Shown here: positions 53,366 through 64,000 of the stretch, piece by piece
Layout: each line of letters opens with the position of its first letter
Position numbering within the stretch: the stretch's first letter is position 1
Assembly (NCBI GenBank): GCA_951406725.2
Contig: OX597822.1
Location: 68,634,001-68,698,000, forward strand
Reading direction: 5' to 3'
DNA length: 64,000 bases
Source of the DNA: Octopus vulgaris
Taxonomy: Eukaryota
The notes under the pieces: generated by a model
Told to the model about the DNA's origin: nothing
Databases searched by the model: none
The model's input: the letters and a program-made list of their open reading frames with translations, nothing else
Translations under genes and position numbers: made by a program

Positions 53366-54344
53366 GACAGGCTTCTTTCAGTTTCTGTCTACCAAATCCA
53401 CTCACAAGGCTTTGGTCGGCCCGAGGCTATAGTAGAACACACTTGCCCAAGGTGTCACGCAGTGGGACTGAACCCAGAACCGTGTGGTTGGTAAGCAAGC
53501 TACTTAACACACAGCCACTCTTATGCCTATGTAGCTTTTTTTTTTTGTCTTTTAGATTTTACTTGTTTCAGTGATTAGACTATGGCCATGCTGGGGCACT
53601 GCTTTGAAGAATTTTTGGCTGAGTTAATCAACTCCAGTACTTTATTTTTTAAAGTCTGGTACTTATTCTACCAATCTCTTTTGTCAAACTACTAAGTTAT
53701 GGAGAAGTTAACACACCAACACCAGTATATACACGATGGGCTTCTTTCAGTTTCTATCAACCAAACCCACTCACAAGGTTTTGGTCGATCTAAGTCTATA
53801 GTGGAATACATTTGCCCAAGGTGTCACACAACAAGACTGCACCTGGAACCATGTGGTTGGAAAGCAAACTCCTTACCACACAACCACGCCTATATACCTA
53901 CTTAAAAAAAAAAAACTTGAAAAAATAAAACAAAGAGACTTTCCTACCAAACTCAAATTGGTACAACCAATGTTCGGTATTTGGGTGAGACAGTAACAAG
54001 AGCATTAGTACAGAAATATGATTAGTCTCAAACAGCTGTTGGAATATATAAAATCCAATTATTGAATGCAGTTCCTAGTCAACTTTCAAACAAAACAGTA
54101 TCATTAACATATGAATACAAATGAGCAAACATACAAAAATGGTCGAACATAGACTAACAAAAGTTAGTTTAATTAATTTTATCATTAGATAATTAAATAT
54201 TTTATCATATTTTGCTTTATTTATTTATTTACTTTTTTTTTTTTTTGCATTTCGTACAGAAAGTAAGGAGAGGAAATATTTGATCACTTAGAATTTTCCA
54301 GGATCTCTGAGAATGTACGTATGTATATATATTTTCTCTTTCTC

Positions 54345-54722
54345 TGTTACTTGTTTTAGTCATCTGACTGCGGCCATGCTGGAACACCGCCTTTAGTCGA
54401 GCAAATCGATCCCAGGACTTATTCTTTGTAAGCCTAGTACTTATTCTATCGGTTTCTTTTGCCGAACCTCTAAGTTACAGGGATATAAACACACCAGCAT
54501 CAGTTGTCAAGCAATGTTGGTGGAGGGGACAAACACAGACACACAAACATACACACACACACACGACGGGCTTCTTTCAGTTTCCATCTACCAAATCCAC
54601 TCACAAGGCTTTGTTCGGCCCAAGGCTATAGTAGAAGACACTTGCCCAAGATGCCATGCAGTGGGACTGAACCCAGAACCATGTGGTTGGTAAGCAAGCT
54701 ACTTAACACACAGCTACGCCTA
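54345..54722 (-). mobile_element. SINE family A copy
   Basis: Reverse complement of 43773-44150. Confidence 0.85.
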
Positions 54723-54758
54723 TCTATAGATGGATGGATGGGTGGGTGGATCAATGAC

Positions 54759-54803
<45 letters not shown>

Positions 54804-55009
54804 GTATATCAATTTTTGATATACACATTAGCATTTGGCTAAATAAGCCATAAATCTTTATGGTAAATATATATATATACTGACAGACAGATTTAGCCAA
54901 ACCACCAAGTGTTTGAGTAGTCACAACTGACAAGCCTATGACTGATAAGCAAAATTAGTCTAGTCTAGTGATCCTAGAGACACTCAGGAGATGGTTATCT
55001 CCCCTATCA

Positions 55010-55602
<593 letters not shown>

Positions 55603-55626
55603 ATATATATATATATATATATATAT

Positions 55627-56061
55627 AGGTACTTGAATGAATTATCTTAGTATGGATAATTCGGTTAACCGATACCTGGGTAGCAAATTCACGTCAGAAA
55701 AACACGGTTGAAGCTACATGCCAAGAGCAGAGATCACGTGCTTTCGTGTGGAAATTTGTGTGTTTTTTTAATACAAATAAATGATAGAATGGAGTTGAAC
55801 AACGATCTAACAAAATTCCTTTATTCTCGACATATGTTTCAAAGGCTGCATATTCCTAATTTCGAAGGAATAAGGGGTGCATTATGCCGCCTTCTCATCA
55901 GGAAAAACAAGGAACTTATGTCAGCATCAAGATGAACAAAAACTTTTAGATGACTGCCCACACGGAGCCCATAGCGATAATGAGTGTTTCTTTAAAATAT
56001 TCCTTCGAAACATATGTCGAGAATAAAGGAATTTTGTTAGATCGTCGTTCAACTCCATTCT
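55627..56061 (-). mobile_element. Hammerhead-bearing element with an inverted partial terminal copy (Penelope pLTR-like)
   Basis: About 60-bp inverted repeat at 55786-55845 / 56002-56061. The right arm repeats only the 3' half of the hammerhead (CCTTCGAAACATATGTCGAGAATAAAGG). Confidence 0.65.
55815..55915 (-). ncRNA. Type I hammerhead ribozyme with extended stems I and II
   Basis: Minus strand reads GTTCCTT-GT-TTTTC CTGATGA GAAGGCGGCATA...TATGCAGCCTTT GAAA C-ATAT-G TC GAGAA-TA-AAGGAAT. The core is intact, stem II pairs 11 of 12, ACATATGT is palindromic, the triplet is GUC (cut between 55829 and 55828), and stem I has a 2x2 internal loop. Confidence 0.88.
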
Positions 56062-56104
56062 TTCAACGGACGCTAAACGATGATGATGATGATGATGATG
56101 ATGA

Positions 56105-56155
<51 letters not shown>

Positions 56156-56753
56156 TATATATGAATATATATATATTGCATGCTTTTCACAACATTAAGA
56201 GTTTTTAACTCTTATTCCTTGCAATACAGGTGCTTCAGCATCTCAGTCACAATTAGTGATGACAAAATTTTTCTTTTATGGTATTATATTGTGCCTAGCT
56301 GTTTATATTAATTTTTGATATAACACACACACACACACACAAACATACATATATATATATATGGATATATTAGGTGTAGGGTAATGAAATTTATTACATA
56401 ACCTTTGTTTTTTCAAGTGTCATCTCTATTTCTTATCACCAGTCTATATTCACCTAACATTGTGTTCTGAAGCATACACATATTGAGTTCTGCACTAGGT
56501 CATTACTCCCCCCCACACACACACACACATATATATAAATATATGAGGTGAGCTAGCAGAATCATTAGCACGCTGGGCAAAATGCTTGACAATATTTCAT
56601 TTGTCTTTACATTCTGAGTTCAAATTCTGCCAAGGTCAACTTTGCCTTTCATCCTTTCGGGGTCGATACAGTAAGTATCTGTTGGGCACTGGGATCAATG
56701 TAATCGTCTTATCCACCCATCAAAATGGTTGGCCATATGCTACAATTTGAAAC

Positions 56754-56794
<41 letters not shown>

Positions 56795-57513
56795 GTATTT
56801 TGCTGCTGAAATTTTTCTAAGAAAAATAAAAAGATTTAAAAGAAACAAATACACAACAAGCTCTATTGTGGGGGAAGGATTTTCCTGGTGAGTAAAACTT
56901 CCCATGTAAAATAACCCAGAAGTATCTATAGCCATAGCAGAAGGATATAGAGTTTCAATTAAGCAGAACAAATCACAATGTAGACATTGTAGCTTACAGA
57001 ATATATCACTTGCTTGATTTTTTTTTCCTTCTATATATTCAAAACATAGATGAAATCATAAGAAATTATTTCTGAGTTATATGCATGTATGTATATGTTA
57101 TTATTATCCTCTGCATCATCATTATTATTTTAACATTCACTTTTCTATGCTTGAATATGGTGTGACAAGATTTTCTGTGGCCAGGTGCTTGAGGTACCAT
57201 GCAGCAGGACTGCACCCACAACCACATGGTTGAAAAACAAGCACCTTACTACAAAACCATATGTATGCATGTGTGTGTGTGTGTGTGTGTGTATGTGTGT
57301 ATAGGTATACACACATCCAAAATGGAGGCAAACACCTTTCTCCATGTGATTGACTTGACACTAGGATATTTCCCTACTTTTCTTAACAGGAAACCAATGA
57401 TAGCCTTAATTCACAAAAAAAGAAGAAATTATATCCACCAATATAATGTTGAGCACTCATTTTCATCATTCAACATTTACGTATATTTATATATATGTCT
57501 CTCTATATATATA

Positions 57514-58055
57514 TGAGCAAAATGCCCCCCGTCTAATGGATGGTGCTGAGTTGTCAAAAATTTAAACCAAATTTTTTCAAAACAGCTTGTCCGACCGTCC
57601 CATAGGCCTCCCCCTTTGAGAAACACTGATTTAACCTAAATTTGAGACACCAGCAAAAGAAGAAATAAAAATAGACTTTTTGCTTATTATTTTATTCACA
57701 CAAATATGCAACCGAAGAGTTTAAAGTACCAGTAATGATAAGGCTGTTGACTGGGAGAACACAAACATGGTTTAAACAGTAAGCTTGGCAGGAAAGAAAC
57801 GTGTCTTTAAGCAGTACAAAAACAACAGAAAATGGAAGGTGCAGTTATGTACAGGTTGACAGAAGAAAAGCAGGACAAAAACGGCTTTATCGCATTCTCA
57901 CCTGGAATCGATTTTTGTAATTTTTTCAAGACTTATACACGCCCTGATACCATCGGTATCTACATATCAAATTTGAGCATAATCAGATGCAGGATGCCCG
58001 AGATCCAAGAAGACACACACATAGACAGACAGACAGAACGGCTTTTATATAAGAT
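57514..58055 (-). mobile_element. Helitron-like non-autonomous element
   Basis: The minus-strand start ATCTTATATAAAAG followed by (CTGT)n resembles Helitron 5' ends. The 3' CTAG is not clearly preserved. Confidence 0.45.
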
Positions 58056-58645
58056 ATATATATATATATATATTATATAAAAGGGCTTAGTAAAATAAAT
58101 TACTTCGCCGCATACTGAACTCATAAATGTTGTTTTGACTAATCTTGAAACGTACGTACTCAAATAACCTTAGCATTTGATTTTTAATGTCCTTACCCCC
58201 AAACTTTTGTGAGTTAAATTAAGCAAACGCTATATATGAGAGAGATTTTCTTTAAGTATTAGAAATAGCTTTAAAAAAAGTTTTTTAGCTGCTATTTCTA
58301 ATGAGTTCAGTATGCGGCGAAGTAATTTATTTTACTAAGCCCTTTTATATAATGTAATAATTTGAATTCGCCTTAAATGGTCCCTTTGCATACTGAACAC
58401 TTGGTGAAATTGATTAATAATTAATTAATTTTACCCTCAATTGTTGAAATTATAATTAATCTCCCTCTAATTATTGCTTCGGATTTTACCGAAATAAGCA
58501 TAGCGTTTGATGATTTTAACCCACGCTGGTGGAAAGGGGAGAACAGAAATGATTCACTTGCTTATTTGGGTTTGCTGGCACTGTTAGTTAAGAGCGGATC
58601 TTCGAAAGGGTATGTTCTTACTTTCAGTGTTTCCAAATCCAAACC

Positions 58646-58716
58646 AAGGAATTTATGAGCTGAAGAGAGAAATGTTGTTTTGACTAATCTTGAAACGTAC
58701 GTACTCAAATAACCTT
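58646..58716 (+). ncRNA. Type I hammerhead ribozyme, array copy 1
   Basis: Stem I 5' arm AAGG..TGAG; core CTGAAGA (58660-58666); stem II GAGA..TCTT; GAAA (58692-58695); C-GTAC-G palindromic stem III; cleavage triplet GUA (cut after 58703); stem I 3' arm CTCA..CCTT. Confidence 0.85.
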
Positions 58717-59190
58717 AGCATTTGATTTTTAATGTCCTTACCCCCAAACTTTTGTGAGTTAAATTAAGCAAACGCTATATATGAGAGAGATTTTCTTTAA
58801 GTATTAGAAATAGCTTTAAAAAAAGTTTTTTAGCTGCTATTTCTAATGAGTTCAGTATGCGGCGAAGTAATTTATTTTACTAAGCCCTTTTATATAATGT
58901 AATAATTTGAATTCGCCTCAAATGGTCCCTTTGCATACTGAACACTTGGTGAAATTGATTAATAATTAATTAATTTTACCCTCAATTGTTGAAATTATAA
59001 TTAATCTCCCTCTAATTATTGCTTCGGATTTTACCGAAATAAGCATAGCGTTTGATGATTTTAACCCACGCTGGTGGAAAGGGGAGAACAGAAATGATTC
59101 ACTTGCTTATTTGGGTTTGCTGGCACTGTTAGTTAAGAGCGGATCTTCGAAAGGGTATGTTCTTACTTTCAGTGTTTCCAAATCCAAACC

Positions 59191-59261
59191 AAGGAATTTA
59201 TGAGCTGAAGAGAGAAATGTTGTTTTGACTAATCTTGAAACGTACGTACTCAAATAACCTT
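59191..59261 (+). ncRNA. Type I hammerhead ribozyme, array copy 2
   Basis: Same sequence as 58646-58716; predicted cut after 59248. Confidence 0.85.
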
Positions 59262-59734
59262 AGCATTTGATTTTTAATGTCCTTACCCCCAAACTTTTGT
59301 GAGTTAAATTAAGCAAACGCTATATATGAGAGAGATTTTCTTTAAGTATTAGAAATAGCTTTAAAAAAGTTTTTTAGCTGCTATTTCTAATGAGTTCAGT
59401 ATGCGGCGAAGTAATTTATTTTACTAAGCCCTTTTATATAATGTAATAATTTGAATTCGCCTTAAATGGTCCCTTTGCATACTGAACACTTGGTGAAATT
59501 GATTAATAATTAATTAATTTTACCCTCAATTGTTGAAATTATAATTAATCTCCCTCTAATTATTGCTTCGGATTTTACCGAAATAAGCATAGCGTTTGAT
59601 GATTTTAACCCACGCTGGTGGAAAGGGGAGAACAGAAATGATTCACTTGCTTATTTGGGTTTGCTGGCACTGTTAGTTAAGAGCGGATCTTCGAAAGGGT
59701 ATGTTCTTACTTTCAGTGTTTCCAAATCCAAACC

Positions 59735-59805
59735 AAGGAATTTATGAGCTGAAGAGAGAAATGTTGTTTTGACTAATCTTGAAACGTACGTACTCAAATA
59801 ACCTT
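59735..59805 (+). ncRNA. Type I hammerhead ribozyme, array copy 3
   Basis: Same sequence as 58646-58716; predicted cut after 59792. Confidence 0.85.
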
Positions 59806-60149
59806 AGCATTTGATTTTTAATGTCCTTACCCCCAAACTTTTGTGAGTTAAATTAAGCAAACGCTATATATGAGAGAGATTTTCTTTAAGTATTAGAAAT
59901 AGCTTTAAAAAAAGTTTTTTAGCTGCTATTTCTAATGAGTTCAGTATGCGGCGAAGTAATTTATTTTACTAAGCCCTTTTATATAATGTAATAATTTGAA
60001 TTCGCCTTAAATGGTCCCTTTGCATACTGAACACTTGGTGAAATTGATTAATAATTAATTAATTTTACCCTCAATTGTTGAAATTATATATATATATATA
60101 CATTCATACACACACATATATATACATTCATACATACATACATACATAT

Positions 60150-60335
60150 GCAAGGGGGTATCATGAAAGGCCAGGCTGGAGGCCCAACCTTCAGGGTTTT
60201 TTCATAGAGCTTAGAAAAATTGAAGGACCACTGCAAGACATATGTGAATTTGAGAGGGGAATATGTTGAATAAAATCATAATTAACTGACCCTCCTGTAT
60301 TTTCTTTTACCCAAAGCCAAGACCTTTCCGGCCTC
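60150..60335 (+). mobile_element. Mariner-derived MITE, third (partial) copy
   Basis: GAGAGGGGAATATGTTGAATAAAATCATAATTAACTGA is shared with the 11-12 kb copies. Confidence 0.7.
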
Positions 60336-60376
60336 TCCCCACCTATATACATATATGTATACACACATACATACAT

Positions 60377-60418
<42 letters not shown>

Positions 60419-61644
60419 TATAGGAAAGCTAAAATAAATTTATCATACATGTGCACATGTGTGTGCATGTGCATGCGTGGATGTATGTGTGTACGTTTGT
60501 GTATCATGCTTAATGCAAATACATCATGGAAAGCATATCATTGGCAGACATGCTTTATAGATGTATTGTGTTTACAACTAGGCAGAAATGCTGCACCAAG
60601 CATTCTCACCAGCTGCTGCTCATTTGCACAAGACTCGAGGAAACATTACGTTGCTTGGAAACAGGCAAAGGTTGATGATAGGGAGAGCATCTGGCCACAG
60701 AAAAAATCTCCCTCATCAAAAAACCCAATTAAAAATGGGGAAAGTAGATGGTAAAACTAACACATATTTGTTCATTTGTTTTATGTCCATCTTCCATCTT
60801 AGCATGGGTTAGATGTATATATTATCGAGACATTGTTTTACAACTGTATGTCCTTCTTGCTGCTAACCTTTAACTAGTTTACAAATAAGGGGTATCTCAT
60901 TCCCCCCACCCTCCATCTCCCACTCTGCTTTGGCAATTTTGCAAACTTATCCACCCATTCATCCTCTCCAATCTTCAATTCACTTCATTATATACATTTC
61001 CATGTTACCATTTTCTTTCCCCACCTCAGAGAGCTGTGTTTCTTCTCTACTGCAAGAGCAAATACTGTTAGATAAATAAAAGAAAATTAGATGTAAAATA
61101 TCAGAAAAATTACACAAATTGGGAATCAATTGTGTAAATATTATTTAATGACTAGAAGAAAACTACCCAGAGGTTGGTTTTTCTGCTAATATTGTAAATA
61201 AAGTTTAAGTCTTTGAATGCACTTCATATGTATTCAATGAAAGGTTCTTCATGAAATATCATCAGAACTTACCTCTTGCCTCAGGCAACCAAGCCTATCT
61301 TATTTAATGATAGTGTTTGGTGTTCACTGCCAATACAGGCCACTAGAAGTTTCTCTGGATTCTAATTCTTTATTTTTTGTAGAAAAGGGACTTGTTTACA
61401 GACAATAAATACACAAAAACAATCTCATTTATACTACTCTCCACTTCATTTGAGAGGGTTTTGTCTTGCAAGTTACTTGGCTGACCTCACTGCTGCTGAT
61501 GCTATGTAAAAAGCACCCAGTACACTCTGTAAAATGGTTGGCATTAGGAAAGGTATCGAGCTGTAGAAATCATGCCAAGGCAGACAATAGAGCTTGATAC
61601 CATCTTCCGGTTTGTCAGTTCCTGTCAAACCATTCAAACCTGGA

Positions 61645-62010
61645 TTAGGAGTGGCTGTGTGGTAAGTAGCTTGCTTACCAACCACATGGTTCCGAGTTCA
61701 GTCCCACTGCATGGCACCTTGGGCAAGTGTCTTCTACTATAGCCTCGGGCTGACCAAAGTCTTGTGAGTGGATTTGGTAGATGGAAACTGAAAGAAGCCT
61801 GTCATATGTGTGTGTATATGTTTGTGTGTCTGTGTTTGTCCCCCCAAACATCGTTTGACAACCAATGCTGATATGTTAGCAGTTTGGCAAAAGAGACCAA
61901 TAGAATAAGTACTCGGCTTACAAAGAAGAAGTCCTGGGGTTGATTTGCTCGACTAAAGGCAGTACTCCAGCATGGCCACAGTCAAATGATTGAAACAAGT
62001 AAAAGAGTAC
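61645..62010 (+). mobile_element. SINE family A copy
   Basis: Same head, body and tail as 43773-44150. Confidence 0.85.
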
Positions 62011-62071
62011 AGAGTAATGTATAGATGATATTCATGACACCCAACCTTTTTGAGTTCACTTACAGGAACAC

Positions 62072-62300
62072 TTTAATTCTTCGGCATTCAGATTGTTCTA
62101 TGAAAGGTAATGCTCATTTAGTCACATTGTTTTGAATTAATCATGAATTTATCTTGTAGCTTCAACATTTCAATGATATGATTGTTGATTTTTAGAATGA
62201 CATCACAGGGTAAGTGTGATAGGCCAGATCTGGCTGGTATGAGCATAAAACAGGTAGAATATTTGGGCCGAATATCACTGGTTTAAATGTTAAAGGGTAA
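62072..62300 (-). mobile_element. piggyBac-like MITE, uninterrupted copy
   Basis: Reverse complement of the 28586 MITE body (CATAAAACAGGTAGAATATTTGGGCCG...GGTTTAAATGTTAAAGGG). Confidence 0.7.
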
Positions 62301-62333
62301 GGCTTAAAACTGTAAGCCTAATGAAACAATTGT

Positions 62334-62635
62334 GGAGGCGCAATGGCCCAGTGGTTAAAGCAGCAGACTCGCGGTCAGAGGATCGCGGTTTCGATTCCCA
62401 GACCGGGTGCTGTGTGTGTTTATTGAGCAAAAACACCTAAAGCTTCAAGAGGCTCCAGCAGGAGGTGGTGGCAACCCCTGTTGTACTCTTTCACTCCAAC
62501 TTTCTCTCACTCTCTCTTCCTGTTTCTGGAGTAACGCTGCGATGGACTGGCGTCCCGTCCAGCTGAGGGGAACACATACGCCACAGAAACCAGGAAACCG
62601 GGCCCATGAGCCAGGCTAAGCTTGAAAAGGGTGCA
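62334..62635 (+). mobile_element. tRNA-derived SINE family C, representative copy
   Basis: A-box TGGCCCAGTGG, B-box GGTTTCGATTCC, tail GGAAACCGGGCCCATGAGCCAGGCTA. Related copies at 28793-29085 and 48258-48645. Confidence 0.8.
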
Positions 62636-64000
62636 GAATTTTTTTAAAAAATGAAACAACTGGCAATTTTACAGGGCTGTAGTTGCTGACATCTATAATC
62701 TAACTATCTGATTAATCAGTTCCTAATTGGAGCTAGTTAGAGAAGACTTATTGAGAGTTAAGTATCTTGGCTGTGATCATACAGTGTTGTGCCAATAAGA
62801 GAATATGAACTTTCCAACCAGCTCTTATTGATTCAGTCATCTGAGATTTTCTTCTAAGGTTGACCTGCCTACCTGCCTTTAATCTGCCTCATACGAAGCA
62901 ATGGAAAGAAGACAGGTATGCAGCATAGATCTCCAGCTGTCACAGAATCTATATTGTTGAATTCAGGTCTAATATATTATCTGTATTTGTGTATTTATTG
63001 TCTGTAAACAAGTCTCTTTTCTATAAAAGAATCCAGAGAAACTTCTAGTGGCCTGCGTTGGCAATGAACATCAAACACTATTGTTAAATAAGGTAGGCTT
63101 GCTTGCCTGAGACAAGAGGCAAGTTCTGGTATCTTGAGAAGAACTCTTCATTGAAGAAATAAGAAGTGCATTTAAAGGCTTAAACTTTATTTACAACACT
63201 AGTAGAAAGACCAACCTCTGCGTGGTTTTCTGCTAGTCACTAAATAATATTTACACAATCGATTTCCAATTTGTGTAATTTGTCTGATATTTTACACCAA
63301 ATTTTCTTTTATTCATCTAATAGTATTCAGTCACTCAGTAAATAAATTTAGAATGCCAAACATTCAAAGACAATATTAGAATTTATGAAGAAATTCAGGA
63401 ATTATAACTTAACTTACTCATATATCTTAGTTTATTGTGCGCGTGCGTGTGGAGAGAGATAGAGAGGGGGGGATGGGGGGAGAGAGAGGGGAGAAAGGGA
63501 GAGAGAGAGACACACACACATATATCAGAAGATTCCAAGGATATTGGAATCATATAATTTGACTGATGCTGAATTATTAAACTTATACGCTGTAGAAATG
63601 GTTCATTAATATGTCTGTAGAAAATAGCATTGCAAATATTTGGGCAACTTTTTTTTCCATTTCCAGAAATATAAAAAGAGATGTTAAAAATGCTATCTCA
63701 TAATGGAAGATGATAGTGTTTCAGTGAAAAAAAATTATTTTTGTGACTAAATCATGTAGTTGAAATCTTCAATGCTAAAGGATTCTTGAAAACCACATTC
63801 GGATAAAAAAAAATATTAAAATTGGAATTTATAAGAATTTCCTAGACAGTGCAGACTTCCTTTAACTAAAAATTATATACTCCAAACTAATAAATAAGTA
63901 GCTTCCTTTATTAAATAATAAATTCCAATACACTTTATATTTAAAAAAAAAGACTTTGCCCAAAATACCAAAACTCATCTTTCCATGCATCATACCAACT

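Larger units (their letters stand above)
58072..60088 (+). mobile_element. Tandem array of 545-bp hammerhead-containing units (retrozyme-like / Penelope pLTR-like), about 3.6 copies, with a 53-bp inverted 5' cap
   Basis: AAATGTTGTTTTGACT recurs at 58125, 58670, 59215 and 59759 (periods 545, 545, 544). The only differences I found are one substitution (ccttaaatgg/cctcaaatgg) and a 1-nt A-tract indel. 58072-58124 is the exact reverse complement of 58301-58353. (TA)n lies on both flanks and no ORF is listed inside the array. Confidence 0.9.
61060..63328. repeat. Long inverted repeat pair (about 350-bp arms at 61060-61425 and 62983-63328)
   Basis: For example CAGGCCACTAGAAGTTTCTCTGGATTCT versus AGAATCCAGAGAAACTTCTAGTGGCCTG. 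The arms align along their full length with moderate divergence. Confidence 0.85.

Noticed and set aside
58125-60088. CRISPR array or rDNA/snRNA repeat interpretation of the tandem array
   Set aside because: The units are identical over their full length with no unique spacers. I recognise no 5S rRNA, snRNA or histone sequence, and the context is eukaryotic.

Overview
AT-rich, microsatellite-dense eukaryotic DNA. The SINE repertoire looks to me like an octopus (coleoid cephalopod) genome; this is recognition, not a database result. No intact host protein-coding gene is visible. Almost all ORF-track entries come from microsatellites or SINEs. The window holds dozens of tRNA-derived SINEs from about 4 families, one young 5'-truncated RTE-type LINE (35323-37600) with a PHD-type zinc finger inside its reverse transcriptase, decayed RTE and R4/Dong-like LINE pieces, mariner remnants, MITEs and Helitron-like elements. 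The main signal is a set of non-coding elements carrying type I hammerhead ribozyme motifs with palindromic stem III, as in Penelope-like elements and retrozymes. The best case is a near-identical 545-bp tandem array (58072-60088) with one predicted hammerhead per unit and an inverted 5' cap. Three more well-formed hammerheads of unrelated sequence lie at 55404-55480, 55815-55915 and 11586-11701. Several decayed ones also occur, including two attached to tRNA-like heads. Two transposon-poor islands are enriched in CAGGT(A/G) motifs, and one contains a possible minus-strand first exon. All RNA structures were folded by eye and none is shown to be active.
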